Source: Bdellovibrionales bacterium
Lineage (GTDB): Bacteria > Bdellovibrionota > Bdellovibrionia > Bdellovibrionales > Bdellovibrionaceae
NCBI GenBank assembly: GCA_031370005.1
Contig: JANMPT010000004.1
Coordinates: forward strand, 1-33,233
Reading direction: 5' to 3'
Length of the DNA: 33,233 bases
Below the pieces are notes generated by a model that worked only from the letters and a program-made list of their open reading frames with translations, did no database searches and was not told where the DNA came from. This document shows, piece by piece, positions 8,348 through 17,295 of this stretch; position 1 is the stretch's first letter, and each line of letters starts with the position of its first letter. Both the position numbers and the translations under genes were made by a program.

Positions 8348-9757
8348 TTAAAAAGACTCTGGATGCATAGCGAGCTTTTTCACCAGTTGATAGTAAAACT
8401 CCACCCCAGGACCAAGGCTTGAGATAGGAATCCTTTCATCTGCGCCATGGGTTCGAGAGTGATCGTCTCCATTCATAGGGAAAGGATTGATGCCGTAGGC
8501 GGGCACCCCTAGGGCGCGAAAGTGTCTTGCGTCGGTCATCCCAAGCTGCAACGCCGGCACCACGCTTGCGTCAGGCCAAAACTCGTGAGCCACTTTTTGA
8601 ATCAGCGAAATGCCTCCACCAGTTAGAGGTGAAGCTTTTGCTGACCCCATAGACTTTTCACGAGTCACCTCAACGTCCGAATCATTGATGGCTTGGATCA
8701 GCTTTTGACGGATGAGTTCGGGCTCCTCGTCCGGTAGTATGCGACAATTCACTGTGGCTCTGGCCTCTGAGGGGAGAGCATTGGCGCGCAGGCCTCCGGC
8801 TATTAGCGTAGGCATGCAAGTTGATGTTAAAAGCGCTAAATAACCGGGGCGAACTTGCAGACTTTTTATGGCGGATTCTGGCAAAGGGCCCTCCGCTGCA
8901 AGAATTGCTTTGATCGCCTTTGCCACTTCGGGTTTTTCTTTTTTTTCTTTTTCTTCAAAAAAAGTTCTTGTTATTGGCAAAAGTCGGGGTGGAAAAGTCA
9001 TTTTCGAAATTTGCTCTAAGGCGTGAGTCAAACGGATCAATGCATTTTCAGTAGTGGGTCGGGAGGAATGGCCGGCCACACCTTTTGCAATAATAGCGTA
9101 ATCTTGGTAGGTTTTTTCACCGGCCTCGATATTCAGCCATCTAACTTCACCGAATTTATTAAGAACTGGTCCTCCGCCCTCATTTAAAACAATCCCGACA
9201 TCGCCAATTTTTGGGTCCTTTTTTAGAAGATCCAAGAGCCCAGTACCACCGGACTCTTCATCCCCCGTTAGGGCAACTACGATATCCCGTAGCGGTTTAA
9301 AGTTTTCTTTTTTCAAAAGAGCTAAGATCTCTATGCTCGCAGCGGCCATCGCTAAGTCGTCAAAGACTCCTCTTCCATAGAGAAATCCGTCTTTTTCGCT
9401 GAGGTGATGTGGGGGGAGGGTCCAGCTTTGGAAATCGGTCCCCACCACATCTAAATGAGCCAATAGCAAGATCGGTTTTAAGGTTTTTGAGCTGCCTTTT
9501 AGGCGTGCCACCAAATTCTTTCGTCCAGGGGCAAATTCAAATTCCCGAACCGAAATCCCTTTTTTTCGCAACATGGAGGCCAAATAGCTGGTCAGTTTTG
9601 CCTCATTCCCGGGGGGATTAGTTGTGTCTTTTTCCACTGCCACGGAGAGTATTTTTCGAATATTCATCGCGGCTTGTCTAAAATCCGTAGATATCACTTT
9701 GGCAATTGCTGGGGCTGAAAAAAAATAAAAAGGAATAATAAATAGAAATTTTCTCAT
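8348..9757 (-). CDS. Exported M20/M25/M40 family metallohydrolase
   Basis: AHLDVV, GRGVFDD, GDEESGG, NEGG, HGADE. Signal peptide from ATG 9757 (MRKFLFII...AIA), which removes the overlap with the divergent gene. Confidence 0.9.
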   Translation of the reverse strand: MRKFLFIIPFYFFSAPAIAKVISTDFRQAAMNIRKILSVAVEKDTTNPPGNEAKLTSYLASMLRKKGISVREFEFAPGRKNLVARLKGSSKTLKPILLLAHLDVVGTDFQSWTLPPHHLSEKDGFLYGRGVFDDLAMAAASIEILALLKKENFKPLRDIVVALTGDEESGGTGLLDLLKKDPKIGDVGIVLNEGGGPVLNKFGEVRWLNIEAGEKTYQDYAIIAKGVAGHSSRPTTENALIRLTHALEQISKMTFPPRLLPITRTFFEEKEKKEKPEVAKAIKAILAAEGPLPESAIKSLQVRPGYLALLTSTCMPTLIAGGLRANALPSEARATVNCRILPDEEPELIRQKLIQAINDSDVEVTREKSMGSAKASPLTGGGISLIQKVAHEFWPDASVVPALQLGMTDARHFRALGVPAYGINPFPMNGDDHSRTHGADERIPISSLGPGVEFYYQLVKKLAMHPESF

Positions 9758-9831
9758 CCTTATTAGGCTATCAAAATTCTTATGACAAAGAAAGGCTTGT
9801 TTGTTGCTGCAGACCTGGTCAAAATATAGAA

Positions 9832-10680
9832 GTGAAAAACAAATGGATGCCTTTGGCAATTTCATTATTTCTTATTTTTGTTATAGGAGTCGTCCTGTGG
9901 TTTTATAAAAAATCATCAGGTCAGACTCGTGACTCGATGAACATGTCACTTTTAAATAAAAAAAAATGGAAGATCGCGTTTCGTTTCCATCAAGATACAC
10001 CGCTTCACAGCGTTGAAATTAAAGATGATAAAATGAAAATTTCTTTGATCTCTAATGGTGATAAAAATAAAAATGAAGGCTCTGGTGCCAACCATCTCAT
10101 TGCCTATCTGCGTTCTGGAAAAAAACAGTTTCGATCGATTGAGGCTCGCGTCCAAGTGGATCATATTAAGATGAGCAAGTGTGCTGAAAATAAGATTTCT
10201 ACACTTCTCAGAACAACGCTTGGAGCCTATTATTTCAATACGAAATTTGCCCAACCCACTTCTGTCGAAGGGGATGTGTTTGCTGTCATAGGGCTTGCTA
10301 AATCATCGACAGACACTGAGCCTGCGGACATTTTAACACTTAAAGCCGTTGTTCTTCACTGTCAGGTTCCATGCTATTTGCGTGCGGAGCACGCTCCGCC
10401 AGGAGCAGGAGTCTCACAGGTTCTTTTTGAAAAAGACTTGGGTTTAGTAAAGGTGGGGGAGAGTGTTTTACTGGGGCTTCAATGGGACAAAGAGGCACAC
10501 AAGTTTATTTTTCTTAAAGATCGAGTTCCACTAACTGAATATATTTACAATCTGCCTGAGGTCGGCCCGCCGCTTGTTGCCAAGCCTCACTTGGACGTCG
10601 CCCATTTTGTGCCCAATTGCAAAAGCTCGGACGAGGACGAAATGACCTCGGTGTTTTCTGATTTCAAGGTTACGCGGTAA
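9832..10680 (+). CDS. N-terminally membrane-anchored hypothetical protein, beta-rich
   Basis: 282-aa ORF with one N-terminal TM helix and four Cys. Confidence 0.7.
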   Translation: MKNKWMPLAISLFLIFVIGVVLWFYKKSSGQTRDSMNMSLLNKKKWKIAFRFHQDTPLHSVEIKDDKMKISLISNGDKNKNEGSGANHLIAYLRSGKKQFRSIEARVQVDHIKMSKCAENKISTLLRTTLGAYYFNTKFAQPTSVEGDVFAVIGLAKSSTDTEPADILTLKAVVLHCQVPCYLRAEHAPPGAGVSQVLFEKDLGLVKVGESVLLGLQWDKEAHKFIFLKDRVPLTEYIYNLPEVGPPLVAKPHLDVAHFVPNCKSSDEDEMTSVFSDFKVTR

Positions 10681-10690
10681 ATTATGGGTC

Positions 10691-10736
10691 GCGGACGGTA
10701 TTTCAGCCGTATATAAAGACAATTCTAAACTGCCGC
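10691..10736. repeat. Imperfect hairpin, left copy of degenerate repeat flanking the TA module
   Basis: GCGGACGGTATTT...TAAACTGCCGC; contains GTATTTCAGCC (10698-10708), also found at 12332-12342. Confidence 0.45.
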
Positions 10737-10759
10737 ACATCTGATTTAAATAAAATGAA

Positions 10760-11710
10760 CTACAAAAATTGATTAAAGCTGCTTCCATCTAGCCTTGGGA
10801 TAACCCCCGCTGCAGCTTTATCGGTTAATGCAACAAAACTTCCTTGAGTTAGGTTTTCTGGAAATATCGCGAGGCAGTAGCCATTACTATATTTTGAACG
10901 ATATTTTATTGCCTCAACTCCTGCCAACTTTATCAGATTTCCGAATGACTGCGAGTTAGAAGGGATGCCGAATCTGACAATTGATAATCTCCAGTTTGGA
11001 TTCAATAAAACTTCTTCTAACTCTGACATTTTCCTTACCGAGGTAATATTATCGGATAGCCCGGCGCGGATTGCTTTGTCGTGCAAATCTTGCGAAGTCT
11101 CAATCCTTTGGATTATTTTTAAAAATGGCTTTAGGTTATTTTTTTCGGTTATGTCCAAAACATTATTAAGATTTCCGTGTACGCGATAGTCGCTCATGCT
11201 GGTGCCAATAAAGTCTTCCAGAGTGATTTTATTTTGATCGTTAGCGTCTTTCTGTAAAATTTCACATCTCGCTGTAACTAAATTTTCACCAACATATAAA
11301 GAGGCAAATGATGGTATTGCAGCATTTCCGCTGCCAAAATTGAAACGTCCACCGATTGAGCTTACCTTGCTTCCTTTTGCAGAAAGAGGTCTGTCATTAA
11401 ATTGAGAAGTTACACATCTATAATGGTTATTAAATTCGATTTTACAAGTTTTCTTATTTAGAGCTTCCCCAATCTGGCTACTTCGCTTGGCCCTTTCCGA
11501 GGCATAGTAATAATATTCATCATAGTAATATTCTTGAAGTTTTTCTTGGGCTTTGTTGTATATATCGATTTGCTCGGCACTCAAGGTATCGAGCAAATAT
11601 ATCCCTTGATCAACTGAAGTCTTGTATCTAGAAGGAATCTTCGGAAACTGGAATGGCCTTATAGGTTTTTTTCTTGTGATATAAATTGGTGGTGGTGGTT
11701 TCTTTTTCAT
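10760..11710 (-). CDS. RES-domain toxin (NAD+ phosphorylase/NADase-like) with N-terminal extension
   Basis: YRC, GGRFN, LYVGE..TARCE, SQSFG, AIKYRS..GYCLAIFPENL give the R-E-S signature. Confidence 0.88.
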   Translation of the reverse strand: MKKKPPPPIYITRKKPIRPFQFPKIPSRYKTSVDQGIYLLDTLSAEQIDIYNKAQEKLQEYYYDEYYYYASERAKRSSQIGEALNKKTCKIEFNNHYRCVTSQFNDRPLSAKGSKVSSIGGRFNFGSGNAAIPSFASLYVGENLVTARCEILQKDANDQNKITLEDFIGTSMSDYRVHGNLNNVLDITEKNNLKPFLKIIQRIETSQDLHDKAIRAGLSDNITSVRKMSELEEVLLNPNWRLSIVRFGIPSNSQSFGNLIKLAGVEAIKYRSKYSNGYCLAIFPENLTQGSFVALTDKAAAGVIPRLDGSSFNQFL

Positions 11711-11713
11711 TTA

Positions 11714-12112
11714 TTAGGGAATGTTGCCGCTTTTAATATCCATCAGAATATCCAAAAGTTTAGAGTAACGGCCGTATCGTATCATATCTCTAGGGGTTAT
11801 ATTTCCCAGCATCTGATTTTTAGTCGTAAACCATAATTGAGTTTTTTCAAGGCTACCACCCATCATTTCAGCGACAAGTTCACAAACGTTCTTTATCTCT
11901 ATAATGCGTTCTTTTAAAGCAGTAGGCATTCTATCATTTTCAAACCTAACTGATTTTACAGAGATGTTCGCAATTTTCGCCAAATCATCATTTGTTAACT
12001 TTAGAAAAATAGATACAACTTGCCTATAATCTAACTCTCCATTTTTTTTATAAAATAATGGAATTTTAGTGGTGGCAATGTTGGAGAAGAGAGAGTGATT
12101 GAGGCTTTCCAT
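11714..12112 (-). CDS. Xre/MbcA/ParS-type antitoxin
   Basis: HTH-like LTNDDLAKIANISVKSVR plus C-terminal WFTTKNQMLGNITPRDMI (DUF2384-like); 3-nt gap to the toxin ATG. Confidence 0.88.
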   Translation of the reverse strand: MESLNHSLFSNIATTKIPLFYKKNGELDYRQVVSIFLKLTNDDLAKIANISVKSVRFENDRMPTALKERIIEIKNVCELVAEMMGGSLEKTQLWFTTKNQMLGNITPRDMIRYGRYSKLLDILMDIKSGNIP

Positions 12113-12133
12113 GTAAAGCTCCCTTTAGGCTAC

Positions 12134-12161
12134 TTATCGGACCAAATACTAACCAACTTTA
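12134..12161 (-). promoter_or_regulatory. Sigma-28/FliA-like promoter of the TA operon
   Basis: Minus strand TAAAG-N15-TCCGATAA, then AGGGAG SD and ATG 12112. Confidence 0.6.
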
Positions 12162-12322
12162 AGCCATAATACAACCAAATTATAAATAAGTAAATCAATC
12201 TACTATCAGGTACTTACAGCTCTTTAAAGATAAACATGTTAAAGCTTTGGTCCTATTACGATGATTTCGGATCAATTATGTGAGTTGCTAATCGGAGGCC
12301 CATCTACAGGGTTAATAATTTT

Positions 12323-12380
12323 GTTTCGGCAGTATTTCAGCCACTAACGACGGATATATTCGACTTAAAACCGCCATAAC
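12323..12380. repeat. Imperfect hairpin, right copy of degenerate repeat flanking the TA module
   Basis: GTTTCGGCAGTATTTCAGCC...GACTTAAAACCGCCATAAC. Confidence 0.45.
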
Positions 12381-12504
12381 TCCTTAAAAGAGCTTGATTT
12401 TCGACCCGCCACGTCCTAAAACAGACTGCTCATTATCGCTGATAACGGCAATCAACAAGAGCTTAGGTATTCATCTAAGACGCCATATCGGAGGAAAGAT
12501 ATAT

Positions 12505-12696
12505 ATGAAAATGCGTACGCATTCAGGGGCTAAAAAGCGCCTTAAGCTGCTTTCCAGCGGCAAAGTTAAAAAGAAAAGCACACGTCTTCGTCATTTGAAC
12601 TCACACATGAGTTCAAAAACAAAAAGACAATTGGGTAAAACTTCTTACGTAGAAACAGCAAATTTGCTTCAAGTGAAGCGCATGCTGGTGTTCTAG
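12505..12696 (+). CDS. rpmI: 50S ribosomal protein L35
   Basis: MKMRTHSGAKKRLK, 63 aa; GGAGG upstream; precedes rplT. Confidence 0.96.
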   Translation: MKMRTHSGAKKRLKLLSSGKVKKKSTRLRHLNSHMSSKTKRQLGKTSYVETANLLQVKRMLVF

Positions 12697-12738
12697 GTCT
12701 AAGCGCATTCATAGATAAATAGATAATTGGAGTAGAAA

Positions 12739-13086
12739 ATGGCTCGTGTAAAAAGTGGTAAAACAAACCGCGCTCGTCACAAAAAAGTATTAAAAAGAAC
12801 AAAAGGTTATTACTCAGCAGGTTCTCGCTGCTATATCCATGCGGTAGAGAAAAACGATCACGCTTTGCAATATGCGTATCGCCACCGTAAGATGAAAAAG
12901 CGCAATTTCCGTGCTTTATGGAATCAACGGATTAATGCTGCAGCTCGCTTGAACGGAACTACATATTCTCGTTTGATCGGTGGCTTGATTAAAGCTGGAG
13001 TCCAAGTTGACCGTAAGGTTATGGCTGATCTTGCGATCACTGACGCTGCGGCATTCACAGCTCTTTGCAAGCATGCGCTTGCTTAA
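12739..13086 (+). CDS. rplT: 50S ribosomal protein L20
   Basis: MARVK, KGY, YAYRHRK.KKRNFRALW..RINAA, DRK.MADLA. Confidence 0.99.
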   Translation: MARVKSGKTNRARHKKVLKRTKGYYSAGSRCYIHAVEKNDHALQYAYRHRKMKKRNFRALWNQRINAAARLNGTTYSRLIGGLIKAGVQVDRKVMADLAITDAAAFTALCKHALA

Positions 13087-13111
13087 GCTTTAAAGCTTAA
13101 AGTGAGCTGAA

Positions 13112-14182
13112 ATGTCTGAATTCACAGAGCCATTCGAAAAAAAGTTGTTTGAAAGAAGAAAACAAGATCATATTCGAATTGCGCTCGATCCTTGCATTCA
13201 GGCCGAAGGCCTTTCAGGCCTTGATCGGGTTCAGCTCATCCATGAGGCCTTACCTAATATGAATTTTAAAGAGGTCGATACGTCGACCTCTTTAATTTCA
13301 GGCGGGACCAGTAAGCGGCTCTCTGTGCCTTTTTTTATTAGCTCGATGACTGCGGGCCATGAAAATGCCATCGAGATCAACTCAAGACTGGCGCTTATTA
13401 GCGCCGAGAAACAGATTTTAATGGGGGTGGGTTCCCAGCGTCGTGAGTTGTCTGATCCCGATGTTCGCCGCGAGTGGACGGCGGTTCGTCAGCTGGCACC
13501 AAAGGCTTTATTGCTTGGCAACCTCGGAATCTCTCAGGTGATTCATACTTCCACAGACCGGGTGCAAGCTCTGGTGGAGTCACTTGAAGCTGAAGCTTTA
13601 TTTATTCATTTAAATCCGCTGCAGGAGTGTTTGCAGCCAGAGGGGACGCCGGAGTTTCGTGGGGGCTATGAGGCCATTGAAAGGCTTGTCAAAGCACTTT
13701 CAGTTCCGGTGATTATTAAAGAGGTTGGCTGCGGCTTTTCGAAAGAAACATTGAAGCGATTGTATAGTTCTGGAGTGCATGCTGTGGATGTTAGCGGTCT
13801 TGGAGGGACTCATTGGGGTCGCATTGAGGGACATCGTTCTCAACGTGAGGAGCTTTTATTCCAGGTTGCTAAAACTTTTGAGAACTGGGGCCTTTCGACG
13901 GTTCAAAGCTTGCTAAATGCTAAAGAAATCGATGAAAAAAAACCAGTATGGGCCTCTGGAGGCGTGCGCAATGGTCTTCAAGCTGTTAAGCTTCTGGCAA
14001 TGGGAGCCAATATGGTGGGTATTGCACAGCCTTGGCTTAAGGCAGCTTTGGAAAGTTCTGAGGCCGTTACTGAGTTGTATGAAAAATTATTACTTGAGGT
14101 AAAGATAGCCATGTTTTGCACTGGTGTGCAAAAGCTGGAAGACTTCAAGATGAAGAGGGTTTGGAAATGGCACGAATATTAA
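13112..14182 (+). CDS. fni: Type 2 (FMN) isopentenyl-diphosphate isomerase
   Basis: RKQDHI, SMTAG, GVGSQR, HLNPLQE..QPEG, KEVGCG, GGTHW, ASGGVR. Confidence 0.96.
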   Translation: MSEFTEPFEKKLFERRKQDHIRIALDPCIQAEGLSGLDRVQLIHEALPNMNFKEVDTSTSLISGGTSKRLSVPFFISSMTAGHENAIEINSRLALISAEKQILMGVGSQRRELSDPDVRREWTAVRQLAPKALLLGNLGISQVIHTSTDRVQALVESLEAEALFIHLNPLQECLQPEGTPEFRGGYEAIERLVKALSVPVIIKEVGCGFSKETLKRLYSSGVHAVDVSGLGGTHWGRIEGHRSQREELLFQVAKTFENWGLSTVQSLLNAKEIDEKKPVWASGGVRNGLQAVKLLAMGANMVGIAQPWLKAALESSEAVTELYEKLLLEVKIAMFCTGVQKLEDFKMKRVWKWHEY

Positions 14183-15462
14183 GTGATATTTTTAAAGGCT
14201 TTTCAAAGCTAACCCGACGCGAGCGTTTAGAGGCTCTCGAAGAGGTTGGAGCACTTGAATCTCGGGATGTAGATTTTCTTGAGAGGGGTGGCTTAAAAGA
14301 CACTGCTTTGGGCGAAAAATTTATTGAAAATGTGATTGGTTATTTTCAAGTCCCTTTGGGTGTAGCAACTAATTTTTGTATTGATGGCAAAGACTATATA
14401 ATTCCAATGGCGGTTGAAGAGACCTCAATTGTAGCTGCGGCCAGCAAGACTGCTAAATGGATCCGTGAAGTCGGTGAGATCACAACTGAAGTTGTGGGCG
14501 GGGATATCATTGGGCAAATTCAATGTGCGAGGGTTCGCGACTATCTAGTTTTTGAAAAATCAATTCTTGCACAAAAAAAATATCTGATCGAAATTTCAAA
14601 CCGCGAAGTGGCCTTCGGCCTGGTTCGCCGTGGCGGTGGAGTCACTGATATTACTGTTCGTCGTGTCCCTCGTGGCGATGGACAAGATATGGCTGTTGTA
14701 CATGTGATGATGAATCCCTGTGACGCCATGGGCGCCAATATCATAAATCAAGTTTGCGAGTTTTTGAAAGAACCAATTGAGCAGTTCACTGGCGAAACAG
14801 TTTCCATGTGTATTTTATCAAATTTGGTAGATACCAAAATCACTCGTGCTCTTGTTGTACTTAATGACATCACAGCAGATCTTGCCCAAAAAATTGAAGA
14901 GGCCTCGCTATTTGCTCAACAAGATCCATATCGAGCCGCGACAAACAATAAGGGCGTGTTGAACGGGATTGATCCTATTTTAATTGCCACTGGCAATGAT
15001 TGGCGGGCAGTGGAGGCGGGTATTCACGCTTATGCGGCCCGTGATGGTCAGTATCGTTCCGTAACGAAATGGAAACGTGACGGTAAGAAGCTCGTGGGTA
15101 TTTTTGAAGCTCCATTGATTGTGGGCACGGTGGGTGGTGTGACCACACTTCATCCAATGGCCGCCTTGTGCATGAAAATGTTAGGTGTGGAATCAGCCAA
15201 TGAATTGTCATGCGTGATTGCTTCAGTGGGATTGGTTCAAAATCTCGGTGCCTTGAAGGCTCTAACTACAGTTGGAATTATCGAGGGCCATATGAAATTG
15301 CATATTAAAAATCTTACCTTGGGTGCCGGTGCTGAAGAGCGCGAGATTCCCATCGTTCAAAAGAAATTAGAAGAGATTCTAGTTCTTCGCAAAAGGATCT
15401 CGCTCAGTAATGCCATTGAAGTTCTTAAAGAGCTTCGCGCCTCTGAACAGCAGATTCGTTAG
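14167..15462 (+). CDS. Class II HMG-CoA reductase
   Basis: ENVIG, PMAVEETS, DAMGAN, TNNKG, GNDWRA.EAG, GTVGG, GHMKLH; start moved to ATG 14167. Confidence 0.95.
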   Translation: MARILSDIFKGFSKLTRRERLEALEEVGALESRDVDFLERGGLKDTALGEKFIENVIGYFQVPLGVATNFCIDGKDYIIPMAVEETSIVAAASKTAKWIREVGEITTEVVGGDIIGQIQCARVRDYLVFEKSILAQKKYLIEISNREVAFGLVRRGGGVTDITVRRVPRGDGQDMAVVHVMMNPCDAMGANIINQVCEFLKEPIEQFTGETVSMCILSNLVDTKITRALVVLNDITADLAQKIEEASLFAQQDPYRAATNNKGVLNGIDPILIATGNDWRAVEAGIHAYAARDGQYRSVTKWKRDGKKLVGIFEAPLIVGTVGGVTTLHPMAALCMKMLGVESANELSCVIASVGLVQNLGALKALTTVGIIEGHMKLHIKNLTLGAGAEEREIPIVQKKLEEILVLRKRISLSNAIEVLKELRASEQQIR

Positions 15463-15475
15463 GCAAGGAGATCGG

Positions 15476-16327
15476 GTGTCGTCCTTGATTCTTTCCGTTC
15501 CCGGAAAAAGTTTTCTTGCAGGGGAGTACTTAGCCCTTAAAGGGGGGCCGAGTCTTGTGCTAAGTTCAAGCCCTCGCTTTGAGCTGATTGCAAAGCCTGG
15601 CTCAGGTCAGATCGAAGGGATTCATCCACTGTCACCAGCTGGTAAATTCATTTTTGAGCATCCTGATTTTTTCTCAGGCTATGATCTTTCTTTTTTAGAT
15701 CCTTATCATGGTAATGGCGGTTGGGGAGCCTCCACCGCACAGTTCCTGACAGTCTTTGCTTTGAATGATACGCCACAAAGTAATGCACTTAGTATCACTC
15801 GGCTTTTAGAATCTTATTGGAAATACGCCTGGGATGGTCAAGGTTTTCGCCCCAGCGGTGCGGATTTAGTGGCGCAGTACAAAGGTTCTTTGTGTCTTTT
15901 TGAAAAGCACACGGGACATGTCCATGATTGGGTCTTTGCGGATATTGATTTTGCTTTTATTCCCACAGGAAAAAAACTAGTAACTCACGAACATCTAAAG
16001 ACACTCGGGGAGTTTAATGAAGAACCTCTTGAAATCGCGATGAGGGCCATCCAGAGTGCTTTACAAAATGGAAACTCTCAAGAGTTCGTGGCGGGAGTTC
16101 AAGCCAATGCCAAAGCCTTGGCAGATCTTGATTTCGTGGCTCCACATACTCGAGTTTTGTGTCAGCAGTTGTTAGAAAATCCTGGAGTCCTTGCAGCGAA
16201 GGGTTGTGGAGCTTTAGGTGCTGACGTAGTTTTTGTTGTATATAAAAAAAATCACAGCGAAGAATTCAAAAAATTTGTAACCTCTAAGGACATCGCTCAC
16301 GGTTTAGAGATTCAGGTCAGGGAATAG
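15476..16327 (+). CDS. Divergent GHMP kinase (mevalonate or phosphomevalonate kinase candidate)
   Basis: PGKSFLAGEY, GGWGASTA, SGAD, KGCGALGAD; AAGGAG then GTG at 15476; lies inside the mevalonate cluster. Confidence 0.75.
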   Translation: MSSLILSVPGKSFLAGEYLALKGGPSLVLSSSPRFELIAKPGSGQIEGIHPLSPAGKFIFEHPDFFSGYDLSFLDPYHGNGGWGASTAQFLTVFALNDTPQSNALSITRLLESYWKYAWDGQGFRPSGADLVAQYKGSLCLFEKHTGHVHDWVFADIDFAFIPTGKKLVTHEHLKTLGEFNEEPLEIAMRAIQSALQNGNSQEFVAGVQANAKALADLDFVAPHTRVLCQQLLENPGVLAAKGCGALGADVVFVVYKKNHSEEFKKFVTSKDIAHGLEIQVRE

Positions 16328-16329
16328 TT

Positions 16330-17283
16330 ATGCAATCTATTATCGTATCAGCGCCGTCAAATATTGCTTTGATCAAATACATGGGGAAAACTCAAGGCAA
16401 GCTTCCGACCAATGCCTCACTTTCTTATACTTTGGATTCTCTGCGTACAAGCGTGCGGTTGAGTCTTCGGGCGGGCAGTGGCGATGAGTGGTCCGCGCTG
16501 GAGGGGCCAGGGCTTGAGCCCCTTGATTTGTCGGAAAAAAGCCGAGCCCGATTTTTAGCGCATTTTCAGTTTCTAAAGTCCCAATGGGGGATTGAACAGA
16601 GCTTTTTGGTGGAGTCTGCGAATAACTTTCCGTCGGATTGTGGACTTGCAAGTTCGGCTTCAAGTTTTGCTGCCCTGACTTTAGCTGCGGGGAGGATGTT
16701 TCAACAAATTAAACCCCAAACTTGGGGGGCAGATCTAAAAACTCTTTCAAGTTTGAGTCGTCAAGGCTCGGGCTCATCTTGTCGATCTTTATACACGCCT
16801 TGGGCCCTCTGGGTAGAAGAATATGCAGAGCCACTTGTGCTTCCTTATCAAAAGCTTTTGCATCAAGTAATTATTGTCTCGTCTTTGAAAAAAAATATAT
16901 CTTCTAGTGAGGCCCATAAATTAGTGGCTCAGAGTTCTTTGTTTCCAGGGCGCGTGGAGCGTGCAGAAAAAAGACTGAAAGAGCTGAATCATGCTTTGTT
17001 AGCAAAAAATTGGCGACAAAGTTTTGAAATAGTCTGGGCTGAGTTCTGGGATATGCACGCTTTGTTTGCAACCTGCGCTCCTCCATTTATGTATATGACC
17101 GCGGATTCGCAGCGGGTTCTCGAAGAGATTTTTCAGTTCTGGAAAGACCAAGGAGATGGCCCCTTGGTGACCATGGATGCGGGCGCTAATGTACATTTCT
17201 TATGGCGTGAGGAACAAAAAGACTTGGCCGAAGCCCAAGAAAATCATTGGCAGCAGCATTTTAGAGTGATTTCCTCTTTATAA
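16330..17283 (+). CDS. mvaD: Diphosphomevalonate decarboxylase
   Basis: NIALIKY.GK, NNFP...GLASSAS.FAAL, GSGSSCRS, TMDAGANVH. Confidence 0.93.
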   Translation: MQSIIVSAPSNIALIKYMGKTQGKLPTNASLSYTLDSLRTSVRLSLRAGSGDEWSALEGPGLEPLDLSEKSRARFLAHFQFLKSQWGIEQSFLVESANNFPSDCGLASSASSFAALTLAAGRMFQQIKPQTWGADLKTLSSLSRQGSGSSCRSLYTPWALWVEEYAEPLVLPYQKLLHQVIIVSSLKKNISSSEAHKLVAQSSLFPGRVERAEKRLKELNHALLAKNWRQSFEIVWAEFWDMHALFATCAPPFMYMTADSQRVLEEIFQFWKDQGDGPLVTMDAGANVHFLWREEQKDLAEAQENHWQQHFRVISSL

Positions 17284-17295
17284 GAGGATTTATAG

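Noticed and set aside
10691..12380. Flanking hairpins as integron attC or Xer dif sites
   Set aside because: The arms read GTT...AAC rather than RYYYAAC...GTTRRRY, there is no XerC/XerD CATAA-N6-TTATG arrangement, and no integrase is nearby.
12394..12504. N-terminal extensions given by the track for L35 (also HMGR, M20 peptidase, GHMP kinase, YaiI)
   Set aside because: These come from longest-ORF start calling; downstream starts fit SD position or family length better.
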